Shown in pieces: positions 1-9,978 of a stretch of 59,552 nucleotides of DNA; positions within the stretch are counted from its first letter, which is position 1, and each line of letters starts with the position of its first letter. The DNA comes from Candidatus Altiarchaeota archaeon. Lineage in GTDB: Archaea > SpSt-1190. The notes under the pieces were generated by a model. That model saw only the letters and a program-made list of their open reading frames with translations. It was not told where the DNA came from and made no database searches. A program made the translations under genes and the position numbers. The stretch spans positions 1-59,552 of the forward strand of contig JAUUZA010000001.1 in the NCBI GenBank assembly GCA_030590165.1, read 5' to 3'.

Positions 1-953
1 AACAAAAAGAAATTATTAATGATTTTAGAGAAAAAAAATATGATGTTCTCATTTCAACATCTGTTGGTGAAGAAGGTCTTGACATTCCCTCTGTTGAAAC
101 TATTATTTTTTATGAACCAGTTGCCAGTGCAATTCGCCATATTCAAAGGAGAGGAAGATTAAGAAAAAATGGTAAAGTTTTCATATTAATAACAAAAAAC
201 ACACGTGAAGAAATTTATTTTTATGTTGCAAGAGCAAAGGAAAGACGAATGATTAAACTCCTAAAATCTTTTTCACCTTCAAAAACGAAGACAAAAAAAC
301 GAAAGCAGCCAACACTTTATTCATATAGCGAAAAACAAAAAATTATTGTTGACGACAGGGAAATTCAAATTGCAACTCACCTCAATAATTTCATAATCAA
401 ACGGCTCGAAATTGCTGACTTCATTGTTAGTGATAGAGTTGCAATTGAACGAAAAACTACCGCTGATTTTATTAAAAGTATAATGGACGGTCGTTTATTC
501 ACTCAGGTTTCAAAATTAAAAGAAACCTATGAAAAGCCCGTAATTATTCTTGAAGGTAGTGGTCTCTTCAAAAAAAGTGGCCTTCACCCAAATGCAATTC
601 GTGGTGCAATGGTCAGTCTTGTAATTGATTGGGGTATCCCAATTTTATTCACAAAAAATGAAGAAGATACTGCTCGAATGATTGAAATATTAGCAAAACG
701 CGAGTGGAAAGAAGGGCGTTCCCCCTCAATAAAAGTCCCAAAAGCAAAAACAATAAAGGAATTTCAAGAATTTCTAATTTCAATGTTACCCTTAATTAAT
801 CTTACTTTAGCAAAAAGGTTATTAGTGTCCTTAGGTTCCCCCTCAGAAGTCTTTAATGCATCAATATTTGAATTGATGAGTATTGAAGGTATTGGACAAG
901 AAAAAGCAAAAAGAATACGTAAAGTATTGGAACAAAAATATAGTGAAAAATAA
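1..953 (+). CDS. hef: Hef-like helicase/nuclease, C-terminal part (5' end outside window): helicase C-terminal motifs, ERCC4/XPF nuclease domain, HhH2
   Basis: Frame 3 is open from the window start. It reads ...ISTSVGEEGLDIPSVETIIFYEPVASAIRHIQRRGRLRKNG (helicase motifs V-VI), then an ERCC4-type nuclease block (DDREIQIA...ERKTTADF...ILEGSG) and a C-terminal helix-hairpin-helix pair (EGIGQEKAKRI). Confidence 0.75.
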   Translation, partial: QKEIINDFREKKYDVLISTSVGEEGLDIPSVETIIFYEPVASAIRHIQRRGRLRKNGKVFILITKNTREEIYFYVARAKERRMIKLLKSFSPSKTKTKKRKQPTLYSYSEKQKIIVDDREIQIATHLNNFIIKRLEIADFIVSDRVAIERKTTADFIKSIMDGRLFTQVSKLKETYEKPVIILEGSGLFKKSGLHPNAIRGAMVSLVIDWGIPILFTKNEEDTARMIEILAKREWKEGRSPSIKVPKAKTIKEFQEFLISMLPLINLTLAKRLLVSLGSPSEVFNASIFELMSIEGIGQEKAKRIRKVLEQKYSEK

Positions 954-1042
954 TGTTAACGGGGATTACAATCGCAATTGGCTCTGTGCTCTTTGGAACA
1001 CTCTTACTTCTTTCCGTCTCAAAAATGGAAGATTGGGTTTTC

Positions 1043-1597
1043 TTACCCAAGTAAAATTTTTACTAGGACCCCTGCCACAATAACTAAAATTAGAAGCAGA
1101 ACTGGTTGGGAAAGTTTAAAATTTTCATTCTCTTTCTTTAAATTCAAAGCTTCTATTTCATTTACTTCAAATTCAGCCAATTGAATCTTACTCTCATTAT
1201 ACAATCTTTCAGCTTCATCCAACCTTACCAATATTTCAGGATTATCTGTTGCTTCCCTTAAATCTTGAATTCTTTGAAAAAGCTCAATTTTCTCAGAATC
1301 AAATACATCAATTGTTGTTTCAGCCACTTCACCATTGAAATTTACTGAAATACTAAACTCACCAGTATCAAGAGGACTAAACACAACATATTCAGTCTTT
1401 CCTCTCGGACCGACCCAAACTCGTTTTATCTGCCAACTTAGATATGGACCATAAATCTCCAAGTCATAAACTTGACCTTCACCAATTAAGTCAATTTCAA
1501 AAGTTTCATTATCACCAACTTCCATACGGACATGAGTTGGTGAAATTGACAGGGCCATAGCACCTATAAGTAAAAGAGGAAATAATAGACGTTTCAT
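1043..1597 (-). CDS. hypothetical secreted protein with C-terminal membrane anchor
   Basis: N-terminal signal-peptide-like segment MKRLLFPLLLIGAMALS and a C-terminal hydrophobic helix PVLLLILVIVAGVLV. No recognisable catalytic motif. Confidence 0.45.
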   Translation of the reverse strand: MKRLLFPLLLIGAMALSISPTHVRMEVGDNETFEIDLIGEGQVYDLEIYGPYLSWQIKRVWVGPRGKTEYVVFSPLDTGEFSISVNFNGEVAETTIDVFDSEKIELFQRIQDLREATDNPEILVRLDEAERLYNESKIQLAEFEVNEIEALNLKKENENFKLSQPVLLLILVIVAGVLVKILLG

Positions 1598-1644
1598 AGG
1601 TATCTTTAACCTTTTCTTTATAAAAGTCTGTTGATTGCCCTAAT

Positions 1645-1983
1645 GTGGACAGATTACCCTCAAAGAGTGTTTTTATTTCTGAAATTAAGTCAAAAGACGA
1701 TAGGGTTAAGCTTTGTGGGAAAATTGTATCAATAAACCAAGAAAATGGAAGCCTTTCAATTGATGATAGCACGTCTAAAGTGGAGGTATTCTTAAATAAT
1801 CTTGAGTTAAAGAAAAATATAAAAAAATATAAATCAGAGGATCAAATAATGGTCATTGGTTGGGCAAAACCCACCGGAGTTGATGTTGAAGTCCTCCGAA
1901 AAATTGAGGGATTTGACTCGGCCCGTTACAAACAAGTATTAGAGGTGTGGAAAAATGTTCGAAGCAAAAATGAAAAATCCTGA
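1645..1983 (+). CDS. small OB-fold-like nucleic-acid-binding protein (RPA-associated-like), upstream of PCNA
   Basis: 112 aa with a KLCGKIVSI...VEVFL pattern typical of an OB-fold anticodon-binding-like core. Its end overlaps the PCNA start by 29 nt. Confidence 0.35.
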   Translation: MDRLPSKSVFISEIKSKDDRVKLCGKIVSINQENGSLSIDDSTSKVEVFLNNLELKKNIKKYKSEDQIMVIGWAKPTGVDVEVLRKIEGFDSARYKQVLEVWKNVRSKNEKS

Positions 1984-2695
1984 AATAATGGTAGAGGCAT
2001 TAAAAGCCGCCTACGAATTGGTTAAAGATGAAGTTACTTTCAAAATAAGTGAAAACGGAATTATATTACGTGCCATGGACCCTGCAAATGTTGCAATGGT
2101 CATAATGGAACTAAAGAAATCTGCATTCAGTGAATTTAAACTGGAAAAAGAAAGTTTTATTGGAGTCAATATGGAACGTTTCATGCAAGTTCTTAAGCGT
2201 TCTAATAAATCCGATGAAATGTTATTAAGAATTTCAGGTGGAAAGATGGAAATAAAATATACTGGAAAAACTTCACGTAGATTTTCATTACCCTTACTCG
2301 CACTCGAAAGTGGACCAAGACCAGAACCAAGTCTAACATTTACAATTACAACCATTATGCCTTCAGACTCTCTTAAAAATGCAGTTGAAGATGCTTCAGT
2401 AGTTAGTGATGCTATAACTTTAGTTGGTGCCAATGATGAATTACATATTTTAGCTCAAGGTGACCTTGGGGCTGTTGAAACTATTCTAAAGAAAAAAGAA
2501 GGACTTAAAGAAATTAAAATTAAGGATAAAGCTCGTTCTAAATATTCTGTAGATTATTTACGAAAAATAGCTAAGACAAAAATTGGAAAAGATGTTGAAA
2601 TCAAATTCAAAAGTGATTATCCTTTAATGATTACTTTCACAAAACCAGAAGTGAAGATGGCATTTATTTTAGCCCCACGAATGGATGTTGAATAA
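1955..2695 (+). CDS. pcn: DNA polymerase sliding clamp PCNA
   Basis: 246 aa. MFEAK...IILRAMDPANVAMV...LLRISGGKMEIKY matches the archaeal PCNA family layout over its full length. Confidence 0.85.
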   Translation: MFEAKMKNPEIMVEALKAAYELVKDEVTFKISENGIILRAMDPANVAMVIMELKKSAFSEFKLEKESFIGVNMERFMQVLKRSNKSDEMLLRISGGKMEIKYTGKTSRRFSLPLLALESGPRPEPSLTFTITTIMPSDSLKNAVEDASVVSDAITLVGANDELHILAQGDLGAVETILKKKEGLKEIKIKDKARSKYSVDYLRKIAKTKIGKDVEIKFKSDYPLMITFTKPEVKMAFILAPRMDVE

Positions 2696-2698
2696 ATA

Positions 2699-3883
2699 TC
2701 AACTTTCATTCACTGTTTTCCCAACAAAATATCCGGGGTTAACTGTGTAAATTGGTTGACACATATTGAAAAACTCTTCTTTTCTTGATTCACAATATTC
2801 ATCAGCACAAGGTATCCCCCACTCATTATAAACGCAATATTCAGCAGATTTATTAAAATCAGCCCCATAATAAAACCAAATATAAAAGTGAATATTTTTG
2901 TATGCATTGACTTCAGGGTCCATACCAACAACACTCGCACCCTCAGGAATCTGAGAAAAAGCTTCCTCAGGAATTGCATTGAATGAAAAAACAGACTGAA
3001 CTAAAAACAGATTCATTATTATAATTAAAATAAGTACAATCTCATGCAATCTTTCAGAAATTGCAAACCTGTTCCATTTTTCAGAAATTACAATTGCAAT
3101 ATAAGGAAGAACATCAATAAAAAATCTTTCTTCCTTATGAGGCAGAAGTGTAAAATAAATTAATGCAGCCAAAAAACCAAGAGTGAATCGCGATTTAGAA
3201 AATAAAGCCAGTAATAAAAGAGGGGTCGCAAATAAAACAGTTAAATAAAATGTTGGTTCTTTTTCCCAAAAATCAATATAACTATTATTAATCAATGTTG
3301 ACGCTGCTCTCATTTGAAAAAAGGGACTTCCAAACAAAATCCAGATAACGCTAAAATAAACTGTTAAAGTTAATAATGCACCAATCCATTTTTTCTTATC
3401 TTTCCAACAAATGAAAGGAATTTGTAAAAAATAAGTGAAACGAGTTAATCCAGAAAATGCTGAAAAAACACCTCCAAGAATTCCTGAAAGTGAATAAGCT
3501 AATACAAAAAACAACATTGCGAGTATGTGACTAAGTGGCATATGTGAATGAGCAAAAAAGATTGGATGTGTTGCAATAATTAATCCTAAATACTTTCGTG
3601 AATCTTTAAATTTAAAAAAAGGAACAAGAGGAATAGCAGCAAAAATTAAAAATGCTAAAGCTTTCATAGTGAATGGCATTGGAAGCCCAATTCTCCAAAG
3701 TGCACCAAGTATAATAGGCCAAATTGGTGGACGATAATTGGAAACATAACCATAATTTGAAAATATTGACTTTCCGTATGCTAAATATTCAGAAGGATCC
3801 CATCCAACTACTATTGGTTTCAAAAAAAAAGATATAATTAATAAGGCGTAAAGCAACCAAAAAATTAACAATTTTCTTTGCAA
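2699..3883 (-). CDS. polytopic membrane protein, GT-C-fold glycosyltransferase-like (PMT/ArnT-like), with Cys-rich extracytoplasmic C-terminal domain
   Basis: About 10 predicted TM helices. A first-loop acidic motif GWDPSEY resembles the DE-x-Y loop of GT39/GT83 enzymes. C-terminal soluble segment has 6 Cys. Overlaps the next gene by 19 nt (operon). Confidence 0.35.
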   Translation of the reverse strand: MQRKLLIFWLLYALLIISFFLKPIVVGWDPSEYLAYGKSIFSNYGYVSNYRPPIWPIILGALWRIGLPMPFTMKALAFLIFAAIPLVPFFKFKDSRKYLGLIIATHPIFFAHSHMPLSHILAMLFFVLAYSLSGILGGVFSAFSGLTRFTYFLQIPFICWKDKKKWIGALLTLTVYFSVIWILFGSPFFQMRAASTLINNSYIDFWEKEPTFYLTVLFATPLLLLALFSKSRFTLGFLAALIYFTLLPHKEERFFIDVLPYIAIVISEKWNRFAISERLHEIVLILIIIMNLFLVQSVFSFNAIPEEAFSQIPEGASVVGMDPEVNAYKNIHFYIWFYYGADFNKSAEYCVYNEWGIPCADEYCESRKEEFFNMCQPIYTVNPGYFVGKTVNES

Positions 3884-4500
3884 GCTAACGCCTCCAAATT
3901 ATCCAAACCAAGATAAGCATGACGTTTACCATCAATAATAATTGAAGGATATGAAGTAACATTATAAATTTTAAGAAGGGTATTAGCAACAGGATCATTA
4001 CTAGCTAATTCCATATTCACTGGAAAAATCAATACGTCCTCTTCATATTTTTTCTTTAAGTAAGTAAGTCTTTCAGACATTACATCACACTCCGGACAAT
4101 CAGGACCAAAAAAGAAAAGGATTAAACTATTATTCCAATCGCATTTTTCTTTAAAGTTTTTAGCAAAAAGCCAATATCTAACATTTGAAAGAAAATATTG
4201 ACGATATAAAAGTTGTTGTTGATCAATATCAAAGCGAGCGGCAGAGGTATATTTTTCATATCGTTCAAGTGAATCAGATAAATCCTTAATGGAATCATCA
4301 ATCAGTGGCTTCATTGAAGAACACCCAACATCATCAATCAACTGACTTTGTAAAAATAGTGAAGATGAATAGATTACCAATTCATCAATGTCTGCATCAA
4401 GCTTTTGACGCCTAAGATTATCCCAAAAAAGACCAAAGGACAATCCTGAAAAGAATATTAAAAACGTCAACAAACCAGCCAATATTGCTCTCTTCACCAT
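3865..4500 (-). CDS. membrane-anchored thioredoxin-fold protein (CxxC oxidoreductase)
   Basis: N-terminal TM helix, then a thioredoxin-like segment FFFGPDCPECDV with a CPEC active-site motif. Translationally coupled to both flanking glycosyltransferase genes. Confidence 0.55.
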   Translation of the reverse strand: MVKRAILAGLLTFLIFFSGLSFGLFWDNLRRQKLDADIDELVIYSSSLFLQSQLIDDVGCSSMKPLIDDSIKDLSDSLERYEKYTSAARFDIDQQQLLYRQYFLSNVRYWLFAKNFKEKCDWNNSLILFFFGPDCPECDVMSERLTYLKKKYEEDVLIFPVNMELASNDPVANTLLKIYNVTSYPSIIIDGKRHAYLGLDNLEALACKENC

Positions 4501-5717
4501 TTATTCTCCCTTTTTATCCATGAAACTGTGGCAAGTATTGTTGCCATTGAAAGAGCAAACCCATATGTAATTAAGAAGATTATGGCGTCAAACAAGTTTC
4601 CTCCTTTCTCTTCTGAAAATCTAAATGCAAAATAAAGAAAAGTAGATGTAATCAATAGAGTTACGGCAAAATAAAAAATAGTTTGTGGGTCTAAAATCAA
4701 TAAGTCCGGATTGAACTCTAAATTTAATAAATAAGGCATCCAATCAAAACCAACAGCCCTGAAAAAATAATAAACAGGTTCCATCCACTTAAAAAATCCC
4801 CAAACAAAAATTATGAGAAAGGCAATTGAGACTAAAAAATATAAGGATTTTAGAATAGTTTGACGCCCAAATTCATGTGAAACATTCATAGATTTTGGAT
4901 ACTTCCCAACAACATCAAAAAAACCAAGATGCCACCTTTTTCTCTGAGCTATTAATGTTTTCAAATCCCTAGGAATATCTGTTTTAACTATTGCTCGCGG
5001 ACTCATAATTATTTTATATCCTTTTTTTCTCATTCGATACACTATTTCAAGGTCCTCCGTAACAGAAGTTTCATCAAATCCACCAACTGCGCGTAAAGAC
5101 TCAGTTTTAAATAAGGAAAAGGGCCCAGGTGCAACTAATTGAGCATCAAATCCACTTAAAATATTTGAAAGATAGTTTCCATAAACATATTCAATTGCTT
5201 GAAGTCTTTCTAAAATTCCCTTAGTATTCTTTGCAACAACTGCAGGTGTTACAATATCATTTTCATTAGAAAATTTCAGAAGTTGAGATAAAGCATCTGG
5301 CTCTGCAAAAGAATCAGCATCCATTGTTACAATAAACGGTGCTTTTGTAAGCTTTAAAGCCGTATTAAGTGCTGCTGCTTTTCCCCTATTTTTCTTATGT
5401 TTTATGAGAGTTATTTTCAAATCCTTATGGTCTTTTGCAAACCTCTTGGCTTCAATCAGAGTATTATCTTTTGACCCATCATCAACTAAAATTACCCCTA
5501 ATTTCTCCTTTGAATATTCTAAATTATAAATTGATTTTAATGATTCATAAATATGTTTTTCTTCATTATAAGCAGGTAAGACTAAATCTACACAAACTTC
5601 GTCATTTGGAGATTCTGGTCTAGACTTATCTTCTAAATACATTAAAAGGAAATAAATTGAGATGAAAGTTGACGCTATCATAATAATCCACGAAAATAAC
5701 ATGAAAGGCGTCATCAT
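4494..5717 (-). CDS. membrane-bound family-2 glycosyltransferase with processive-synthase motif set (D, DxD, TED, QxxRW)
   Basis: Motifs LVDDGSKD, TMDADSF, SVTEDLEI and QRKRWHLG, followed by about 4 C-terminal TM helices and 1-2 N-terminal TM helices. The likely start is the internal MMTPFM (ATG at 5717); the track ORF extends to 5819, where it would overlap the divergent kae1 start. Confidence 0.7.
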   Translation of the reverse strand: MMTPFMLFSWIIMIASTFISIYFLLMYLEDKSRPESPNDEVCVDLVLPAYNEEKHIYESLKSIYNLEYSKEKLGVILVDDGSKDNTLIEAKRFAKDHKDLKITLIKHKKNRGKAAALNTALKLTKAPFIVTMDADSFAEPDALSQLLKFSNENDIVTPAVVAKNTKGILERLQAIEYVYGNYLSNILSGFDAQLVAPGPFSLFKTESLRAVGGFDETSVTEDLEIVYRMRKKGYKIIMSPRAIVKTDIPRDLKTLIAQRKRWHLGFFDVVGKYPKSMNVSHEFGRQTILKSLYFLVSIAFLIIFVWGFFKWMEPVYYFFRAVGFDWMPYLLNLEFNPDLLILDPQTIFYFAVTLLITSTFLYFAFRFSEEKGGNLFDAIIFLITYGFALSMATILATVSWIKRENKW

Positions 5718-5762
5718 TAAATTAATTAGTAAAAATCTTAAAATAGCTTTACACTTATTATT

Positions 5763-6719
5763 GTGAAAATAATAGGTATTGAAAGCACGGCACACACTTT
5801 TGGTGCCGGAATGACTCATAATGACAAAGTAATTTCAAATGTTGTTGATATGCACATTCCAAAAGAGGGTGGAATACACCCAAGAAAGGCAGCGGAACAC
5901 CACGCAAAAATAGCTGGAAAAATTATAAAAGAAGCCTTAGTAAAAAAGCCGGATTATGTTGCTTATGCTTGTTGTCCCGGTCTCGGTCCTTGTCTAAAAA
6001 TTGGTGCAGTAATAGCAAAACATCTTGCAATCAAATTCAATATTCCAATAATTCCAGTAAATCATGCAGAAGCACACATTGATATAGGAATAAAAACAAC
6101 TGGGGCAAAAGACCCTTTAATAGTATATATCAGTGGGGGAAACACTCAAATTATTGCGAACCGCAGGGGATGGAAAATCTTTGGAGAAACCCTTGATATT
6201 GCAATAGGAAATGCAATTGATAAACTTGCTCGACACCTAAAGATGGCTCACCCAGGTGGACCAAAATTAGAAAATTTAGCAAGAAATGGAACTTTTATCA
6301 AAATGCCATATACCGTTAAAGGAATGGACCTAAGCTATTCTGGAATTTTAACTCATGCAAAAAATGTACTGAAGACGCATTCAAAAAAAGATGTCGCATA
6401 CAGTTTTCAAGAACATATTTTTTCAATGCTTGTTGAAGTTAGTGAACGCGCCGTCGCTCACACAGGTAAGAAAGAAATTTTACTTGTTGGTGGTGTTGCT
6501 CAAAATTTAAGACTATGTGAAATGTTCAAAATAATGTGTAATGAAAGGGGGATTAAATTAAAAGTTGTCCCACCTGAATTTGCAGGGGATAATGGTGCAA
6601 TGATAGCTTACTCAGGATACCTCAAAGCCAAACAAGGTTTTACAATCCCCATAAAAAAAGTGAATTATTTTCAAAGAATGAGAGTCGACCAAAATTTACA
6701 AGAAATGTTTAAAGTTTAA
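5763..6719 (+). CDS. kae1: tRNA N6-adenosine threonylcarbamoyltransferase Kae1 (KEOPS catalytic subunit), unfused
   Basis: GTG start. (M)KIIGIESTAHTFGAG...HxxAH metal-binding pattern and ASKH-fold layout. 318 aa with no fused Bud32 domain. Confidence 0.85.
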   Translation: MKIIGIESTAHTFGAGMTHNDKVISNVVDMHIPKEGGIHPRKAAEHHAKIAGKIIKEALVKKPDYVAYACCPGLGPCLKIGAVIAKHLAIKFNIPIIPVNHAEAHIDIGIKTTGAKDPLIVYISGGNTQIIANRRGWKIFGETLDIAIGNAIDKLARHLKMAHPGGPKLENLARNGTFIKMPYTVKGMDLSYSGILTHAKNVLKTHSKKDVAYSFQEHIFSMLVEVSERAVAHTGKKEILLVGGVAQNLRLCEMFKIMCNERGIKLKVVPPEFAGDNGAMIAYSGYLKAKQGFTIPIKKVNYFQRMRVDQNLQEMFKV

Positions 6720-7104
6720 CATAAACATATTTTCTAGTAACTGCGTCCCGTTTTCGCATTACTTTTCCATTTTTTAAGAGTGAACGAAGTCTATTAGCAG
6801 TATAACCATAACTTCGTTTTATCTTTTTTGAAATTTCATGTATTGTTTTTGGTTTTGTTATTAGTTTAAAAATTTGGTCATCAACTTCCAAAGACTCGAG
6901 CTCTTGCATAATGCTTTCCCTTTCAGAAGGATTAAGTTTTGAAATTCCACTCGTAATTATTTCAAGTCTACTTATTCGTTCACCAGTTGGACCTAATGGT
7001 TTCAATTCATCTCGAATTTCTTGAACCATTTGAAAAATTGCCTCAGTCTTTTCACCATCAGATTGAGGCTCACTTCTCTTGAAAAGCTTCGCTAAACTAA
7101 ACAC
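6709..7104 (-). CDS. small winged-helix-like DNA/RNA-binding protein, hypothetical
   Basis: 131 aa, acidic N-terminal half and a basic C-terminal segment TIHEISKKIKRSYGYTANRLRSLLKNGKVMRK resembling a wHTH. Confidence 0.3.
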   Translation of the reverse strand: MFSLAKLFKRSEPQSDGEKTEAIFQMVQEIRDELKPLGPTGERISRLEIITSGISKLNPSERESIMQELESLEVDDQIFKLITKPKTIHEISKKIKRSYGYTANRLRSLLKNGKVMRKRDAVTRKYVYVKL

Positions 7105-7142
7105 AAATTAAGTAAATGTGAATAATAAATAAGCGTTGGGGG

Positions 7143-7685
7143 TTAAACATGCCCGACTTTTGGATTTATTTTAAAAGAGTAGTCTCCACTCAATTTATTT
7201 TTTGCCAAGCGATATGCTTCCTTTATGATTGGGACATGCTCATCAGAATCTACATAAACAGATAAAAGAACTTTTCCTGTTTTAACACGAGCAGCCACTC
7301 CAATTGGTTTCCCAAAAGCCATTTTCATTCCTTGTTGGAACCTGTCAGCCCCAGCACCTGTTGCCATTGGATTTTCACGCAAAACGTGATGAGGATATGC
7401 CCTTATACGAAAAAAGAAATTATCTCGCCCAATAGTCTTATTCAACTTCTTAAAAATTAACATCCTAATAGCTTCTAATTGATTGTGACGAATTTGGATA
7501 GTGTCTTTACAAATCATATCAACACCCATGACCCAATCTCTCTTAGTTCTATTTCCCATATCAAAAAGCCTTATTTTAGAACCAGGAATACCCCTAATAA
7601 ATGCTTTTTTCATGACACGATTGGCCTTACGCGTATATGCCCTGCCCCTAATGTGTCTATAACATTTTCCAGGTCTTAATCCCAT
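7143..7685 (-). CDS. rpl10e: 50S ribosomal protein L10e (uL16)
   Basis: MGLRPGKCYRHIRGRAYTRK... is the canonical L10e N-terminus. The ATG at 7685 is preferred over the upstream TTG of the track ORF. Confidence 0.9.
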   Translation of the reverse strand: MGLRPGKCYRHIRGRAYTRKANRVMKKAFIRGIPGSKIRLFDMGNRTKRDWVMGVDMICKDTIQIRHNQLEAIRMLIFKKLNKTIGRDNFFFRIRAYPHHVLRENPMATGAGADRFQQGMKMAFGKPIGVAARVKTGKVLLSVYVDSDEHVPIIKEAYRLAKNKLSGDYSFKINPKVGHV

Positions 7686-7741
7686 AATTATGAACAAAAT
7701 GCGGGATTTAAAAGAGTGGCGGTTTCACTAATGAAAAAAAT

Positions 7742-7778
7742 AAAATAAAAAAAATAAAAAGAAACCCAGCAAGCTGGG
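7742..7778 (-). terminator. hairpin CCCAGCTTGCTGGG followed by oligo-T (minus strand) downstream of the S-layer-like gene
   Basis: Minus strand reads ...GGGACCCAGCTTGCTGGGTTTCTTTTTATTTTTTTT directly after the stop codon. Confidence 0.6.
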
Positions 7779-7787
7779 TCCCTATTT

Positions 7788-9971
7788 TTAATCGAGTTCT
7801 TCACTTGTTATGGTTGTTGCACCTGAAGCAGATACAGTAATCATTGACTTTCCTTCTAAGTTAGAAAGAGTCTTTGCACCACTGACATACTGACTCAAGA
7901 TGTAAGCTGCGGCTCTTGTGTCCTTGGCATCCCATCCAGCTACTATCATAGCTTGGACACTCCAAGGAGTTTCGCTAACATCGTATAGTTTAACTACACC
8001 TTTTCCTGTACTTCCATCATATCCGAAGAAAGTTTCAGCATCAGCTGTACTAACTAATTGAGCTGCAATTGCATTTGCGAAAGGTCCACCAACAACTACC
8101 ATTGGGGTAGAGGTCGAAGCTTCACTATCGAGTACTGCAACTTCTGCATTCAATCCACTTAGAATCATCGAAGTTGATCCATCTGAAACTGTGGTTCCAC
8201 CACTAACAGACCCAAGATAGACTTTTGCATAAACCTGTTCATCAGGCACTTCAAAAGCTACTTCGTCGTTCTCAGCTCCAGCGTCAGGATCTTTCACGAT
8301 TATACCGAAAGTAGATCTAACATCTGTTTCCTTTGCTCCAATTTCAATGGAGTCAAGAATTATATCTCCAGCTTCAGCGTCTTCTGTTCCAGAATCATCT
8401 GCAAAAGCACTCAAACCATCAGTGTCATCGGTTACATCAAAGAGCAAATCATCAGTACCAATGGTTAAGATTACTTGTAGATTAACTCCAAAAGTAGCTA
8501 ATGCATCTTTAACTGATATATCAATAGTTGTATCTCCAAATTCACCACTAATTCCTGTAGCCCAAGTAGTATTCCAATCTCCCGTATCTGTTTCGTTACT
8601 TACTGCAAGGTCCCATTTGTTTTCATCTGCATCATACTGAGCAACGTATACACCTGTTGCGTTTGCGTGAATTGCCAATCTCTCATATTCTGTTGAGAAA
8701 GTGTCGTCATCAGGCCCAGTTATAACCATTGAAACTGCGGTATCTGATCCATCAATGTATTTTTCGGAATCTGCAACATCATTGTAGACATCAATTTCAT
8801 CAAACTTAACATCAAATGCACCCATTGTAACATCAGTCAATCCAGTAATTTTCATGGCAGCATAGTCATTCCAGAAATTGAAAGCGTCTCCAACTTCAAA
8901 TGCACCGTCATCTACTGAGTCATAATCAATACTGAGATATGCTCCCAAGTAATTGAGTGTTCCATCAGCATCTACACTAATATTCCATTTCCATGCAACA
9001 TCAGAATCGTCTGCATCTTCGTATCCAATGAAAGCTCCATTGTTATTGTATGATTCACTAAGTTCTTCACCAATTTCAATATCAACACTGTTTTCGGCTT
9101 CACCTACATCGGCGTACCAAATTCCACCCTCTAATACTTTAATTTGAAGGTCACAATCAGTATCGAAGGTATCGCCTTCTTCTATTGCTTCAGAATCTAC
9201 TGCACAACTTGCACCTGAAACTTGTATTCTTGCTTTGTCAGAAGTAATACCTGTAATTTCTACAGTAACTCCATCAACAACAACTGTATCTCCGACATAC
9301 ATAGTGTATTCAGTTGCAGAAGTAAGTGTTATTCTATCTGCGGTTGTTATTTCTGAAATTGAAATACTTCTTCCCATGAACTCAAGTTCAAGTGGGTCAT
9401 CAATGAGAGATGCATTGAATGCATCGTCAAAAACGTAGCTGTATCTAATATCTCCTTCTTCCATAGCAAGGTAGATCTTTGATGCAACAGTACTTCCGTA
9501 TTCATCAACATCATACATTCCACTTCCACCAGTTACACCAGTAATAGCTTTGAGACTTGATGTCCCAATAATTATTTCTTCGTGTATATCGTAGTCATCA
9601 CCGTCATATGTGATTTGTTCATCTAATAAGTAAGGAATTTTATTATCCTTAAATAATGATAACCCTAAACCAGATGCGACAGTCCCTCCAAGAGTTACAT
9701 CATCCTGAAGTCCGCCCGAAACTACTGCATCACCAGCAGTCGAACTTGCAGTTACTACGTGTTGACCAAATGCAGCAGCTATTTGAGCAGCAGCAATAAC
9801 GTCAGGCACAGCAGCACTTGCACCAACAACTATCTGTCCTGCAAATTGTTCATTTGCAATAAATGGAGCAGGTAGTCCTCCAAGGTTTGCAGCCATGGCT
9901 CCAGCCATTGTAGCACCGAGCATTACGATACTACCAGCAGCGACCCCTATTTTTCTTTTTAAGTCTTGCAT
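7788..9971 (-). CDS. putative S-layer / major surface glycoprotein (acidic, Thr/Asp/Gly-rich)
   Basis: 727 aa. N-terminal signal peptide MQDLKRKIGVAAGSIVMLGATMAGAMA, extremely D/E/T/G-rich with no Cys clusters. Strong TATA-like AT box plus GGTGA SD upstream and a hairpin/oligo-T terminator. Local GC is higher than neighbouring DNA, consistent with a highly expressed gene. Confidence 0.5.
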   Translation of the reverse strand: MQDLKRKIGVAAGSIVMLGATMAGAMAANLGGLPAPFIANEQFAGQIVVGASAAVPDVIAAAQIAAAFGQHVVTASSTAGDAVVSGGLQDDVTLGGTVASGLGLSLFKDNKIPYLLDEQITYDGDDYDIHEEIIIGTSSLKAITGVTGGSGMYDVDEYGSTVASKIYLAMEEGDIRYSYVFDDAFNASLIDDPLELEFMGRSISISEITTADRITLTSATEYTMYVGDTVVVDGVTVEITGITSDKARIQVSGASCAVDSEAIEEGDTFDTDCDLQIKVLEGGIWYADVGEAENSVDIEIGEELSESYNNNGAFIGYEDADDSDVAWKWNISVDADGTLNYLGAYLSIDYDSVDDGAFEVGDAFNFWNDYAAMKITGLTDVTMGAFDVKFDEIDVYNDVADSEKYIDGSDTAVSMVITGPDDDTFSTEYERLAIHANATGVYVAQYDADENKWDLAVSNETDTGDWNTTWATGISGEFGDTTIDISVKDALATFGVNLQVILTIGTDDLLFDVTDDTDGLSAFADDSGTEDAEAGDIILDSIEIGAKETDVRSTFGIIVKDPDAGAENDEVAFEVPDEQVYAKVYLGSVSGGTTVSDGSTSMILSGLNAEVAVLDSEASTSTPMVVVGGPFANAIAAQLVSTADAETFFGYDGSTGKGVVKLYDVSETPWSVQAMIVAGWDAKDTRAAAYILSQYVSGAKTLSNLEGKSMITVSASGATTITSEELD

Positions 9972-9978
9972 ATTTTTT

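Noticed and set aside
853-1184. Track ORFs 853..1050(-), 883..1083(+), 978..1184(+) near the end of hef
   Set aside because: Short, overlapping each other and real genes, low-complexity translations, no start or RBS context. They are artefacts of AT-rich sequence.
2011-2433. 140-aa ORF antisense within PCNA
   Set aside because: Lies entirely inside the well-supported PCNA gene on the opposite strand. Typical shadow ORF.
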